A DNA stretch of 64,000 nucleotides, taken from assembly GCA_002104905.1 (NCBI GenBank), contig MCFE01000167.1, positions 1 through 64,000 on the forward strand, in the 5' to 3' direction. This document shows, piece after piece, positions 1-12,146 of the stretch. The DNA comes from Basidiobolus meristosporus CBS 931.73 (taxonomy: Eukaryota; Fungi; Basidiobolomycota). Each line of letters begins with the position of its first letter. The first letter of the stretch is position 1. The position numbers and the translations under genes were made by a program. Under the pieces are notes generated by a model, which worked only from the letters and a program-made list of their open reading frames with translations, was not told the origin of the DNA and searched no databases.

Positions 1-1101
1 CTGTAGTATAGGATTTAACATAAAGCTACCGCTCATGGTTTTTTCATGCAGAAGGACTTGGTAAGACTCGTTCTCCTCCATTAGAGTTTGATTGACCTCC
101 TTCAATTGATTCTTCTCACTTTCTAGCATAGCAATCCTGAAGGCCTGTTGTTCGTAACGCGTGATGGTTTCTTGAGTGGCCTGCTTAGTCTGGATTGTAC
201 CCGATGTGAGACGAGGCCGTTTCCAAGCGTTGCTGAACTGAAACTACCTTTTCGATCTCTTCTCTAAGCTCCGCTATCAGCCGGTCTTGGGACTTGATGG
301 TTTTTGAGAGGATCGTACTTTCCTTGAGAAGGGCGGTATTATCTAAAGCCTTCGAAACGTCTGCTTCCCCGACGGATTCTACAACCACCGCGTCAGTTTT
401 CTCCCCGGAAAAACTTGGAATACATGGATGCATATAGCACCGCCTTACCTCTCGTATTGGAGCGTGACAACGGAGCAGAACTCTTCAGCTTCTGAAGCGA
501 CTTGACTTGGCCGGAAAGCTGTTTGATCTTTTCCTCGAAAACGGACCTTTCTTTCTCAAACGTGGCCGTCTGAAAGCAACCCCATATAGGGCTCTGTCAA
601 TCGAAATACCAAAGCTACAGCTCTAATCAAGCCAAAAACCTCTTGCTCCAACTTCTTCTCGGTATCACGGCAAGAACGCTGAAAAGCATGCCTCTCCTGT
701 CGTAGCGCTTCTAGTTCCACTTCATACTGATACAATTGCGTCTCCATACGTGTGTACATACTACCGTTGGCAGCTGTTTCCTGCTGTATAGCAGTATATT
801 TCTATTGTGCAGTGTGAGAGTAGCGTTAGTGTGTATTCCCAGCTCAGTCAGGACACATAACCTGAGACGGCTCACCTTTTTGAAGAAGTCATTCTCATTG
901 GACAGAGCAGCACTCTGACTATGAGCGTCCTGTAACTTTGATAGTAGCTGGAAGGGCAGGTAAGCAAGGAGAACGTGGAGCGGGTAGTAAGTCCGCAGAG
1001 CATACCAGTATGTTTTCATTCTGGATTAGGTCCAGCTCCTTCTTGAGCGACAGAACGTCAGGGTGTGTCGACGAAACGGTTAAGGTCGGCTCCCCCATCA
1101 T
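1..1101 (-). CDS. Multi-exon coiled-coil protein (about 6 exons), 3' end beyond the left edge of the window
   Basis: Splicing by hand at GT..AG sites joins MMGEPTLTVSS..LKKELDLIQNENIL / LLSKLQDAHSQ..DFFKK / YEVELEALRQE..KLEQE / TATFEKERSVFEEKIKQL..NTR / ESVGEAD..EEIEK / ATQETITRYEQQ..LMEENESYQVLLHEKTMSGSFMLNPILQ into one frame. It is heptad-rich, and the last motif resembles conserved fungal hypothetical coiled-coil proteins (recalled, not searched). The start codon is tentative. Confidence 0.75.
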
Positions 1102-1973
1102 TGGGAAATACAAGTTGACCTACGGGAGACCGGGAGGGAGAGTTTTGTCCAAGCGAGCAGAGGGCACGCCCGGTTGGCCCAAATAATTGATAAGGCATGG
1201 TGATGTTAGACAGGAAGATTAATATCATCAGGCCATGGATTTGATTCGAGGTCTCGATAAACCTAATTATTTGTGACAACTAGTCCCCACTCCAATGAAC
1301 CAAGCAACAAATAACGATGGAATTGGCAAATTAGGTTTGGGAATCGATGACACGAATGAGAAACATCCTTGTCTGCAATTAGGGAATGGACACACATGCC
1401 CACGTGACAACGCGGCCTTGGAGCAAATGCAATCACACCATCAGGCGCCCATCCCTCCCCAGGCGCTAGACTTCGAAATAGAGTTTCATCCGGACCACGC
1501 CTCGACCCAACATGGTGCCCCTGGGCTCGATGGTAGATCTCCACCTCAACATTGATCACTACACCAACTGGAAGCTACCATTGCTGCGCTACAATCGAGC
1601 CGAGGCCAGGTCGGCACCGCATCTCAATTCGTTCTGAGTACATCGTGGAGCGCGCCCATGTCTAACGGTTGCTGCCACCAGCCACCAGCCACCACTACAC
1701 ACATACCGACCAATCGTCATACGAACGCGACACACCCTGCACATGCGAGACATTCTGGCTGCTTAGGATGAAGTTGAGTTTTCATTCAAGAGACGGTGGA
1801 GGTACATGTAGGGAGAAGTACATATCCCAGGATTGGTCTTACATGATTGCTTAAAGTGGGGTGGGTATTAGGATACTATGCCTGATAATAAAATGAGTAC
1901 TGTACACAATGGCTAGTAATCAGAACAGATGGAGCGGGTGTATTTGGGGTGACTGACATAGCGCAAAGCCTGC

Positions 1974-3365
1974 TTAATGGGAAAAGTCAATCTTGGTATA
2001 CGTGAGGCTTTTTTTGTGGTAATAGATGTCATGCAACAGACTGGCGTAAACACCCTGCATAGACTTCTTGGTTGTAGCGGCCGAAGCTCCCCGGGCGACC
2101 ACTTCGGTCTCAACCATGGAGATCATATGCTGGGCCAGGTTGATACGGTCTCCTTGGTTGAGTTGGACTCCAAGCGATGCAAACTCTGCTCGGAAGTCGT
2201 GTCGGGTGAAGGTGCAGGGAAATTGCTCGAATAGGGGGGTGAAATCAACGTGTGCCCGCGGGTTGATCGCGTCCGTGCTGAGGTATAGAATGGGCGAGCT
2301 ACAGGGATTTCGCGCATGCTGCATCAGACACTGGTCAAGGCTAGGGGCCTTGAGCATCCGATTCCCCACTGGCTGCTCACACTCGCTATTTAACAAATTG
2401 TCCACAACAACATCCAAGCCGGCCTTGAGGTTGGCTGAGATCTTGTCCGAAAACTCAAGCTCCAGAGTGGGAACCTCGATTCCAAGGTAGTTTTGCTCAC
2501 CGCCTAACTTCTGAATGATAAGACCGGCTGTTTGCAAGATCCCGGCGTTGTCCCAAACGTAACCCTTCAGCATCTCCTGGAAAACTGGGTAGTTATCTGG
2601 ATGGCTGGCTTGCACGCGGCCTCGTCCGTTCAAGGAGTGGACATAGAGCAGCTTCTCGTCGTACTCACCCAACTTCGAGTAATGCAGCAACGATTGGAAA
2701 TGGCCTTTGATACCGTCGCGCAAGGTTGTGGCGTCCGAGAATTTGTGCTGATATTTGACACTCTCTTTGAAAAAGTAGATGTCCTCCTCTCGGATATCGT
2801 AGCGCATCAAACCTGGGTAAGTGAAGTCGGCTTCCTCGTAGATGCGCACGTATTGCTTGACCTTTGACAGATCAAAGAAGGTGGACCAAGGAACCTTGGT
2901 CCAGGCAGTGTATGAGAGGCATTCACTAGCCAACTCGCGCAAGCTAATGTCGCTACAGTAACTCTTCGATTGCTTGTTTTTGCTAGTGATCAACGAATAG
3001 TGCGCATCAAAGGTGTCCCACTCAATAAGGCTGCCCAGGTATGCAGGAGGCAAAATAAGCGACCGGTTGAGGTAATACGCCAGCAAGACGGCGTTTTCCA
3101 GCGCGATTTTCTGTTGGTAGAAATTGTCATGGGGGAGATAAGTCAGGAACTTCTCGCCAGGAAGTGTTTGGACGGTGGTAATCTCGGCCGACTGGGGCTT
3201 TTCCTTGGGTTGCCTAATGGGAGCCGCCCCTTCGAACGGGTATCCGAAATAGCGAGACTCTGAGCTACTGTTCTCCTGGCCAGAGTGGCTTTCTGGCATG
3301 GTCAGGTAGATCAGAGTGATTAGGATGGTTGCAACAGCCAAGGCTACTTTAAAGGAACGTCGCAT
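1974..3365 (-). CDS. Type II membrane O-fucosyltransferase-fold (O-FucT / fungal CigA-like) protein, 463 aa, intronless
   Basis: N-terminal TM anchor (VALAVATILITLIYL), a stem, then KFLTYLPH..QKIALENAVLLAYYLNRSLILPP typical of the O-FucT family N-terminus, and a later LYLSTD motif. Confidence 0.8.
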   Translation of the reverse strand: MRRSFKVALAVATILITLIYLTMPESHSGQENSSSESRYFGYPFEGAAPIRQPKEKPQSAEITTVQTLPGEKFLTYLPHDNFYQQKIALENAVLLAYYLNRSLILPPAYLGSLIEWDTFDAHYSLITSKNKQSKSYCSDISLRELASECLSYTAWTKVPWSTFFDLSKVKQYVRIYEEADFTYPGLMRYDIREEDIYFFKESVKYQHKFSDATTLRDGIKGHFQSLLHYSKLGEYDEKLLYVHSLNGRGRVQASHPDNYPVFQEMLKGYVWDNAGILQTAGLIIQKLGGEQNYLGIEVPTLELEFSDKISANLKAGLDVVVDNLLNSECEQPVGNRMLKAPSLDQCLMQHARNPCSSPILYLSTDAINPRAHVDFTPLFEQFPCTFTRHDFRAEFASLGVQLNQGDRINLAQHMISMVETEVVARGASAATTKKSMQGVYASLLHDIYYHKKSLTYTKIDFSH

Positions 3366-4768
3366 ACTACAAATAGCAAGAGCCTACACAATGTGATGTG
3401 GGGCGACGGCAATCAAGCTTTTAAGAGTCAGATCCAGAGTTAAGCATATTTTTTTCATTTAGAATCGAGGGTTCCACGGGTTTCATTGATATCCGAAATT
3501 GGGAAGTACATTCATTTTGGGTACCATGCCTGCTATGCTGCATTGTCTGAACAATCCAAGGCCTTTATCCGAGCCCTAACCATGTAACCTAGCCGCCCAA
3601 ATTATTGGGCGTACCCGTGATCGCAATGTATGGCAATCAAGCGCGAATGAAGCGACCAAGTGCTAATACATCGACACCATCAACCATGCTATTGGCAACC
3701 GACTTGGAGATGACCCATCCTAAATGGTGCTATGCCCCTTGCTGATTCTTGTGCGACATTACAAAGATACGTGCATAACCAATGCTGCTGACATTGGAAA
3801 TCACCCTAGACCCCCGTATCTGAGTACGGATGCGCTACGGGCTCGGCGGGTTGACTGTGTTGTCTTCGCCACCTTCTCTACCTTTCTCCGTGGAATATTG
3901 TGGATGCAGGAGCTGGGGGAAGGCATACGGTCGCTCCTGAGAACCAATGCAATCACCAGCATCTCAATATGGCACTGGAAAGGGACGATTGGAGATTGAG
4001 GTGACGCAGCATGCAAATCGGATTTCCTGGTGTGCGCCGAAATCCATAAAAGTTTAACTCGGATTAGCGAGATTAATCACCCACTCCAGATCTGATTCTT
4101 TTGGCTGTTGAATCTTCACATATTATGCCCCCACTGCGGCGTGGCCATGGATTGCTGTAGGATTTCCCGATCACAGCAGGAATGTTGATTACATCCCATC
4201 CGGCATGGTTCCGACGAGACTCGTCGAAATCCTTGCCTGGAGTCGAGCTTCTGAGAGGCTGGGTGCCTTCTTGATGTCTCTCAGCTCCCGAAAAATGCCA
4301 GAATAGGCCCAGTGCCCTGCTGTGGCTGGTATTCGATGCACGCTTTTCCGAGCCTGGTTGCCTTATTCTAGACGGCGTCTGAGTGTGTTCTTGCCTGTGT
4401 CGTCTCATTCCGCTGAGCGGTGCTTGGTGTGATTATAAAGGCGGTTGGATGGTGCTTTGAAATAGCTGCTCTGAGGCAGTGCTGAGGAAATGTGGATAGA
4501 TGATGCGGCATTTGGCCAATAGCGCACCAAATCGCCCAATGCGATTGACGTAAGAGATCAATAATCAAAATAAATGAAAATCAGCGAAATCCTTGCTGAC
4601 ATAGGACACTCTCCATCAAAAAGCATTTTTTTTCAATAGCATCATCACGCGGACGAAATCAGGTGTATTGTCGATTCAAATTGAACATTGAACTTCGCCA
4701 GGAAATTTCTCATTTCTTCTTAACAGTTAACCTTCTGCAGTCTAAACTCGAACGTGAATCACTCTCCC

Positions 4769-5606
4769 ATGTTGCGTGTCACTCGCCCCGTTCATATCCA
4801 AAACGCCTTGGCTCTCTATGTGGCCCAAGCCCAACGCGGCTACGCTACCACCAAGAAGGTCATCAAGGCCGTGGATGGTATGTATTTCCCCTTTTGTGCA
4901 TGGGTCCCCACCTGGGTTTGTTTTGATCGTGTATTCTGGTGTTTCTAGAAAAATTAACCCCTCCCAAGAGACCCTTGACTGCCTACTTGCATTTCCACAA
5001 GGAGTTCTTGAATTCTCTCACTCCTGACGAGAAGACCGACATCATCGCCACCTCCAAACTCGTGGGTGAGAAATGGCAGAAGCTTACCGAGGCCGACAAA
5101 AAAGTATGTCTTCGTTCGAAAATTTTTCTCTCAAAGTAGCCAACTAACTGTGGGCACGTGTCGTGACCTTCAGCGTTATCAAGAGATTGCCATCAAGGAC
5201 AGAGAGGCATATGAGACCAAACACAAGCAATTCATGGATTCCCTTTCGGCCGATGACTTCGTCAAGCTTGCCCAAATCCGTAAGCTGAGCAAGGCCCAAG
5301 GAAAGACCTTCCCTAAATTCAGAGATCCCAACGCCCCCAGGAAGCCAATGACTTCCTACGTCCATTTCCTCAAGGATAAATATTCTGAGGTGAGCGCCGG
5401 AAGCAGCAACACCGAAATCTTCCGTAAGATTGCTCAGGAATGGCGTGAGATACCCGAAAGCAGCAAAAAGGTACTCTCTGGGGAAAATCCTTTGGATGCT
5501 TTCAACTACTGACATAAATGGCGTATTTTCTTTGCAGCATTATGAGCAGCTTGCCGCTGATGACAAGCTACGCTACGAGAGAGAAATCAAGGAGTATATG
5601 CAATAG
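4769..5606 (+). CDS. Twin HMG-box protein with mitochondrial presequence (Abf2/TFAM-like), 4 exons: 4769-4877, 4949-5103, 5174-5470, 5538-5606
   Basis: Canonical GT..AG introns give MLRVTRPVHIQNALALYVAQAQRGYATT (presequence-like), HMG box 1 PPKRPLTAYLHF..GEKWQKLTEADKKRY and HMG box 2 DPNAPRKPMTSYVHF..AQEWREIPESSKKHYEQLA. Confidence 0.85.
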
Positions 5607-7073
5607 ATCCGCCGCACCGAATCTAACGCTGTTCAATGCAGCCTTTTTTGACAAGGCGTATCTTTGGTCTTTCTTTAGCTACTCTTGATATTGTCTCGTC
5701 GTTGACGATGCAGGACTTTCCGGTTGATGTTGTTGTTTTCCCCAGTCCGTTGCCATCGGCAATCGAATATCTAAGGACACAAAGTGAAGATTGAAAATAA
5801 AATTCTGTGAGTGAAGTGAACACTCGGTCTGAACCTCTTTTATTGGTGGATGGCCCTTTGCCATGCATTCCCGCAGTCGACCGGGACCAAGTATGGCCTG
5901 GGGGAGCGAAAGTGGTCAACTCGGATCATGCTACACGCGAGTGAGGAGCTTGGCTCATCTTCCACACCATACGTGCGCTCTTTCCCAACTTTGCCCACCT
6001 TGAGCAGTGCGATGGCATTCGGGTGACGTGCCAAACATAAGATTGCCCTACTCGAACAGCCAGCAAGTGGCAAGCTGGAGGCATCTCTGCTTAGCCGAAG
6101 TGCAGGTCAATGTAGTTGATGCACGACCAATGTGCTGGTTTCTGTGGAACGCGTATGGATCAGCTTGCGCTAAAACACTGATCCGCTTGGCAGACGCGAA
6201 CACCAAGAGACCACAGCCGGCCTCTACGGGCGAAAGCGGTATTTGTAGCGGATCCAAGGCTAGCGGCTCTACCACAAGTCGATTTCTATCTCCGAGCCGA
6301 TGCTTGCGATTGACATGAGGGGTTTTGGTGCATTTACCAGACTGGCCAGAGTTGCACCGATGTGGTAGGCCAATTTGTCTGGAAATAACGCCAAGAATCC
6401 GCATCATCCAATGGGTTGCAGTGACTTGGTTGTACATGATGTAAACGTCGATGCTGATAGTCCGAGTCAGATTTCATGTAGCCGATGTATGGCTCGCGGT
6501 TACATACGAGCGACCAACCCGATTGCTAGAATGGGCACTCCCACTCTCCAAGCCGTATGCTCTGACTGTTTGGATGGCAGCGAGAATCAAGTTGGCAAAT
6601 CCTTGCCGCTCCCGCGTTTTCTGGGCAAACCACATGGGCGATTGGATGGCTCGTTTCCAGTCAGTCGGTGCACCATTGGAAGTTCAATGCGCCCCAAGGA
6701 ACACTTGGGTGTGGGCGTTCATGCAGCAGAGAAGCATTTTGAGGGCAATGATGTATGAGGGTTTTCCTGGCCTCGATTCACCATTGATTTGTTGCGGAAG
6801 ACCGGAGAAACTAGGATCTATCGCTTCAGGAAGATGCTGAATCCCTCCAACTCGACGCTCATTTGGTAGCGGCCTAGCTTATAAAGAGCGGATCAGTGAG
6901 CCATATGTGACGATGTTTTCCATGTTCAGAGCGGGTGTGATCGAATTTTGCACTAACCAATAGGCGATCCGCTCGCTACCAGTACATAATTTCCACCATT
7001 TCCGCGAGGGAACTCTGCATCTTTCGCTGGCTCATCTCTATCGGAGGCTTCACAGTCAACCGGCCACTCTACA

Positions 7074-7953
7074 ATGGAGAAGAACTTCATCGCCATCTAC
7101 GACCTATCCCCACAAAGAAAGATCCTTTACCTGTCAGACAGTGTTCAAGATCTCCTTGGATATACTCCGGAAGAGCTGATAGGGCAGAGTGGACTTTGTT
7201 TGATACCGGAGAACGAAGTTTCCGGTGCGAATACCTTCATGATGTATCAGGAGCTAAACGACTCGATCACCTCGTTATTCTACGTCAACTGTCGTACCAA
7301 AGAGAACGAGTTTGTGGTCATAGAGGCAGCGGCGTGTTGCTGCTACAACATGATAGCTGCAGTCATAGGGACTTCCAATTCTAAAAACCCCAGCTCCCAT
7401 GGTAAGCAGAGCTTGGCCATAGCATAATCCATTGTCATACACTGGGTGCTAATCGTTCTCTGTACCCAGTTCGTGCCGACGGAGCAGAAAGCGTGATATA
7501 TGTTGACCATCGACAGAACTGCATCTTCAAGGTAGTGTGCACTGCCATCCATGTAGGTGTTCCCATATTCAGATAGCAGTTTAGGTTCAAGGCTCCTCCA
7601 TCTTACAACTACACGAGTCGGATTTGCCGTCCACACCCATCCAGCTCGAGCCTCGTGTTTGCATGGTGCTCAACAGGTTCACGCGCAAACTTACCATCAT
7701 GTACTGCTCAGTGCCGGCAACATTCATTCTTGGCTTAAACCCCGTAAAATGCTCCGGAGGCTCGTTTCTCCAGTACATTTTCTCATACGACGCTGACCGA
7801 GTGATCGGCATGTTTGATCATGTCAAGTCAACCGGCTGCTTTGGCCAAGAAAACTTCAGATTTATGTCGCCAGATTTTGGGGTCATCAACGTCTCGTTGA
7901 CAGTGACTGGTTCCTGTGATGGCCTTATAGCAGTGCTGAGAAGAGTGCCTTAG
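7074..7953 (+). CDS. Tandem PAS-domain protein without output domain, 3 exons: 7074-7401, 7470-7531, 7585-7953
   Basis: PAS1 ILYLSDSVQDLLGYTPEELIGQS; PAS2 EPRVCMVLNRFTRKLTIMYCS, a motif typical of a fungal uncharacterised PAS family. Introns GTAAGC..CCAG and GTAGTG..TTAG keep the frame. Confidence 0.85.
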
Positions 7954-10900
7954 AACAGTTGCCTCCACACTATATGCTCTATTGTACAATTTATCCAAGA
8001 TGCCACCACCCCAACTCGAAGCCTATCCTAGCAGGTCGACCCAAACATACAATCTCCACTCCTTCTCCGTGTTCATGTTTTATAGAGGATACTTCATCAT
8101 GACCATTGTATTTGTACTATTCACAGTTATGTGATAAACCGCACTTTAGCGCCAAGCCAGAGAATCCCATGTACAGTCTAACAGAGGCAGTGCCTCGAGT
8201 GGTGGTCTCAAAAGCAAGGGTTGAGCGGGGAGCAGCCACCTCGGCATCCTTCCGGTAGATGGGTATCAAGCGGCGAATACCACCTGCTCCACCGTTGTTG
8301 GATAGCCCGAGTTGCAACCTCTTGATTGGAATAAGGGCCAACCTGGACTGAATGCATTTTGGGCCTCGTCCTGCAACAAAGATATTTACCTTTCGAGCAA
8401 ATTGCAAACGAGTTCCTCATCAGGGTGATTGATAGGGTAGCTGGAGCCAATCCTAGACCGGTCGGTGAGGTGGGCCCATTCATATCCATTGCAATGAAGT
8501 GCCTCCTATCAGATCTCGCTACACAATGAGGTACATGTTTCTGATGATTTGATGAGATCCCATTGTAAAATGGAGCAATCGTATTATTAACCATTGCCAA
8601 TCCATTGTGCCAGCAACCCATCAATAATGGCTGACGAACTTCCGATGCTAACGGGCTCTGTCCGGGCTGTCTCGAGGGCAGGTGGCCCACTCATGAATGG
8701 ATCTACAGGAGTAACCCTATCTGAGACATTAATTATTACCACGTATCACCTCATACCTGGCGAAGCTCTGATGTAACTATAATATCCTGATTTCCTCATC
8801 AAGAGCGAAGTCGAGTGAGGTTCCTCGAGACGCCATTTCCATCTAAATCCATACAAGGACTAGTGGCTCTACTCCCACACGAAGGCCCAGATTTGGGGAC
8901 AAACTTGTTTCCACTGCTCCACCATCGTGGCGCGTGATAGGGCCATTCTCAGACGTGAATCCCTCCCGAGCGCGAAGCATGGGCGACGGCCCAAGACCTC
9001 CGGGGCGAAAATGGGCGAATTCATTTGTGAGAGATGCAAGGGGAGATATAAGGGCCATTATGAGCGAGCTAATCTATATATAGATTATGAATTAATGAAA
9101 CGGCGGATCAACGTTGATTGCGAAATAGCAACCTTGAATGGGTGGCATCTGGTTGGCCAGACCGTGAAAGAATGGTTACTCAATCTAGTGATACGGTATA
9201 TATATCGCCCCCGTAAGATGCATCCAGAATCAATCGATTCTCTTTGATTCACTATCGACTAAATTAATCCACTATCCTTAAGAAACCACCCCCACCATGC
9301 TACGCTTCAGTCGTCTTTTTACCCGCAAGGTCGTCGAGAGGCCGAAGCCGAGCTTTTCCTCGGAATGCCATACTTGTCATAGAGTACAGACCGTGTGCAG
9401 ATGCGAGGAAACGCTCAAGGAGCTTGAGGCGATATTTAATAAGCCGGTGGTGCTGTTCGTAGAGCTGGACGATTGATCCCGAGCCAGCTGGATCGAGTCG
9501 ACGCGCACCCTCAACCTGAAAATAAGCTTGGTGCCAACACACTGGTAAATCTAATCATGCTCGATCCCTCTCTCCCTAGATGTAAAAATGAAAGGAATCT
9601 CTGTAAATCCCCTACCCCCCCTCAAGTTCGCTTGGCCACGAAGGATTGAATTTTGCTGCCTCTACACTAATCTAGGTGGCTGGTGGGCTCTATAGGAGCC
9701 ACGGCGTTACCGAGAGTTCCCTAATTTACTTGCAGGACTGGATGCTACTTGTCCGGCCCTAATAAATGCAATAGAATTGTTCACTCTAGCATGTTGTTTC
9801 CACTTTCTGCAGGCCGGATGGTTTCCCATCTAAGGTTGGGTGCGGCGGGAGTGTGATGGCGTGGATAAATGCCTCCCATAAACATCAGGGACCATCGTGG
9901 CGTCACGATCTGCCCCAAGAAGCCCTCTTGGTACGGCATATACTCTGAAAGGAGGGCCTGGTACCCTATTGTTCTATTGAACTACCATTCCAAGGCATAG
10001 TGAGGCGGTGATACTGCTTGACCATGAATGCGGGGTAGAGTCTCGATCCCTGAGGGCTAGACCGTTCTGTAGCATACGCCTGAGGAGATGGAGGTTGATG
10101 AGGAGGTTGAAGCCGGGGATTTTGAAAGGGCCGATCTTACTCCACTGTATTTAGTAATATGGTAGCAAGCGATTACCATCTTATACAGATCAGGCCAAGC
10201 CCTTAGACGGTGTCAACCGGTGGCAGGAGTAAGTGTATGCTGGGCCCAGGCGGTGATGATTTCCAGGGGATTGTCGAATCGAGCTGGTGATGCGGAATAC
10301 CCATGACCATTGCGCGATACGTCGAGGGTGATGGAGCGGCCTGGGGATTGTTCATGAGTTTGACTAGACCCTGAAAAATCATCATCCTGCAGCATGCAAA
10401 TCCCCTAGTAGGGACTTCTGCAAGAGCATACCATTTGGAAGCCGGGGAAAATCCAAGTCTTGTCAACCAGCCAACTTCCGAGAAATCAGCATGGTGCTTA
10501 GAGCTATATGAAGCATGTCCGCTCAGCTACACTCTTCATCTGCAAAATGTATCACTTGACCGTCGACCTTCCCTGAGGAATGAGCCATTTTTGGTCGAAA
10601 GTGAGTGGATGAGCAACAAGAGACCTTATGAGAACGGTTGCGATACCAGAACAAAAAGCGCAAAATCCAGACTGGAATCCCGTGCTATGGGCCAGAGCAT
10701 GCACTTCCATATTCCTACGGTATCCCTGAGGAGATTGGCTTGTTAGCCCCTAAACCATTTGCTTAACAAATGATCGAATCTTGAATACTCTATAGGTCCT
10801 GGAATTAACAAAATATCTCAAACTCGTCCAAAAGCCCTCCGACCTGACGTACAAGTTTTTGGAAATTTGAGGGCCTTTACTAGCGCATTGCAGCCATTAT

Positions 10901-12146
10901 CTCTACAAATCCCTATCAAAAGGAGTAGTACTCCATTTCCACTCAACACATCAGTACATAAAAACCCCACTCTATCATCACCAATTCTCTTCCAAGATCC
11001 TAGGCTGTACAGCAATATTCCCCATTTTAAGTTGCACTACGCTAGATATCTATGCACTGAGCACCTCACCTATCTGGGATTCTCTAGAGGGAATACCGGA
11101 TGGATATCGTGGAAATACCATGTGAGTATCTGCAGCACCAGCACAGAATTTATAACAGCTGGTACAGCTCACGCTTATTGCTACCGGTCTTTCTTTCAAT
11201 TTTCAAGTGCACTCGAAGTTGGACCATTGAGGTACTGCATGAATCTAGTCACTTCGATTTTACATCGTGGCCTTGATGATTTCTTAACCAAGTTTTCTGT
11301 TGGATTGATGGATACCGTTAGGATACCACAAGAAACTAGCAGTGAATGTGCAGTGAGAGCGTTGGGAATATTGGAAGAAATTGGAAGAACTTGTAGATCG
11401 TGCGGTACTTACCAAGCAGTTGACTGAATACACAGGTAGTATTAGTACTCTCAGAGGGTCTTGGACGGCATTGGGTTTTAATGTACTTGGCACCCACTAC
11501 TTTGATAAAATGTTGTAAGTAAATCACAGCATGGAACTTGGTGCGTAAAGAATAATGTTCATCACGCAAAATCCAAGTGACTACGCTAATGCAAAGGTTT
11601 GGGTGTAAACATTGAGATTGTGGCATGATTAAGCATAAAATTTTGCGATTGTGATGATCAGAGTCCAGACTGAATCAGTGTTGCATATGATATTCTGACT
11701 GCCAAGCACCTGCTTTGTTGGTGTGAAGCCCAGGGAATAGCTTTCTAAGAATCTGTGATTTGGGTGGTGTGTAGAGTTTGGGGGCTTTTGGACAAGTCTG
11801 AAGATCTTGATAACTTCCAGTTCTTTACTAATTTTAAGAATTAGCTAATATCTCGCGAACCAGATCTTAAGACTTAATAAGCTTATTGCTAAACCACAAA
11901 TTATTCAATCAAGGTATATGAAGGGTTTAGTGTAAGCCAAGTATATACAACTAGATCTAATGAGCAATCCAGTGATCCAAGCAAGTCTAATAGATGGTCA
12001 TGACTCCTGAAGCTTCAAATCCAATATCCAGACCACTGTATACATATGTATTTGTGACAAGGAGTTTGGGATGTACAAGAATACAGCAACACCCTCCTAT
12101 ACAAGCTATCTGAGGCAAAGAAAGGATACTTGCTGGCTATGCTGTA

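Noticed and set aside
1263-1660. Short overlapping ORFs between the first two genes
   Set aside because: No recognisable domain or consistent splice model; the position fits the promoter of the coiled-coil gene.
4769-5606. HMG gene as a Mucorales-type sex locus (sexM/sexP)
   Set aside because: It has two HMG boxes and a mitochondrial-type presequence, and no flanking triose-phosphate transporter or RNA helicase gene. It fits Abf2/TFAM.
5620-6900. Several 60-130 aa ORFs on both strands
   Set aside because: Mutually overlapping with no motifs; likely intergenic or upstream DNA of the PAS gene.
7074-7953. LOV/White Collar photoreceptor
   Set aside because: No GRNCRFLQ flavin-binding motif and no zinc finger.
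8208-8690. 160-aa minus-strand ORF
   Set aside because: No domain and an atypical composition; compatible with chance in GC-balanced DNA.
10867-11626. ORFs with faint copia RNase H-like words (ISWK..STSTEFI, RTKFH)
   Set aside because: The two hints are on opposite strands and too weak to call.
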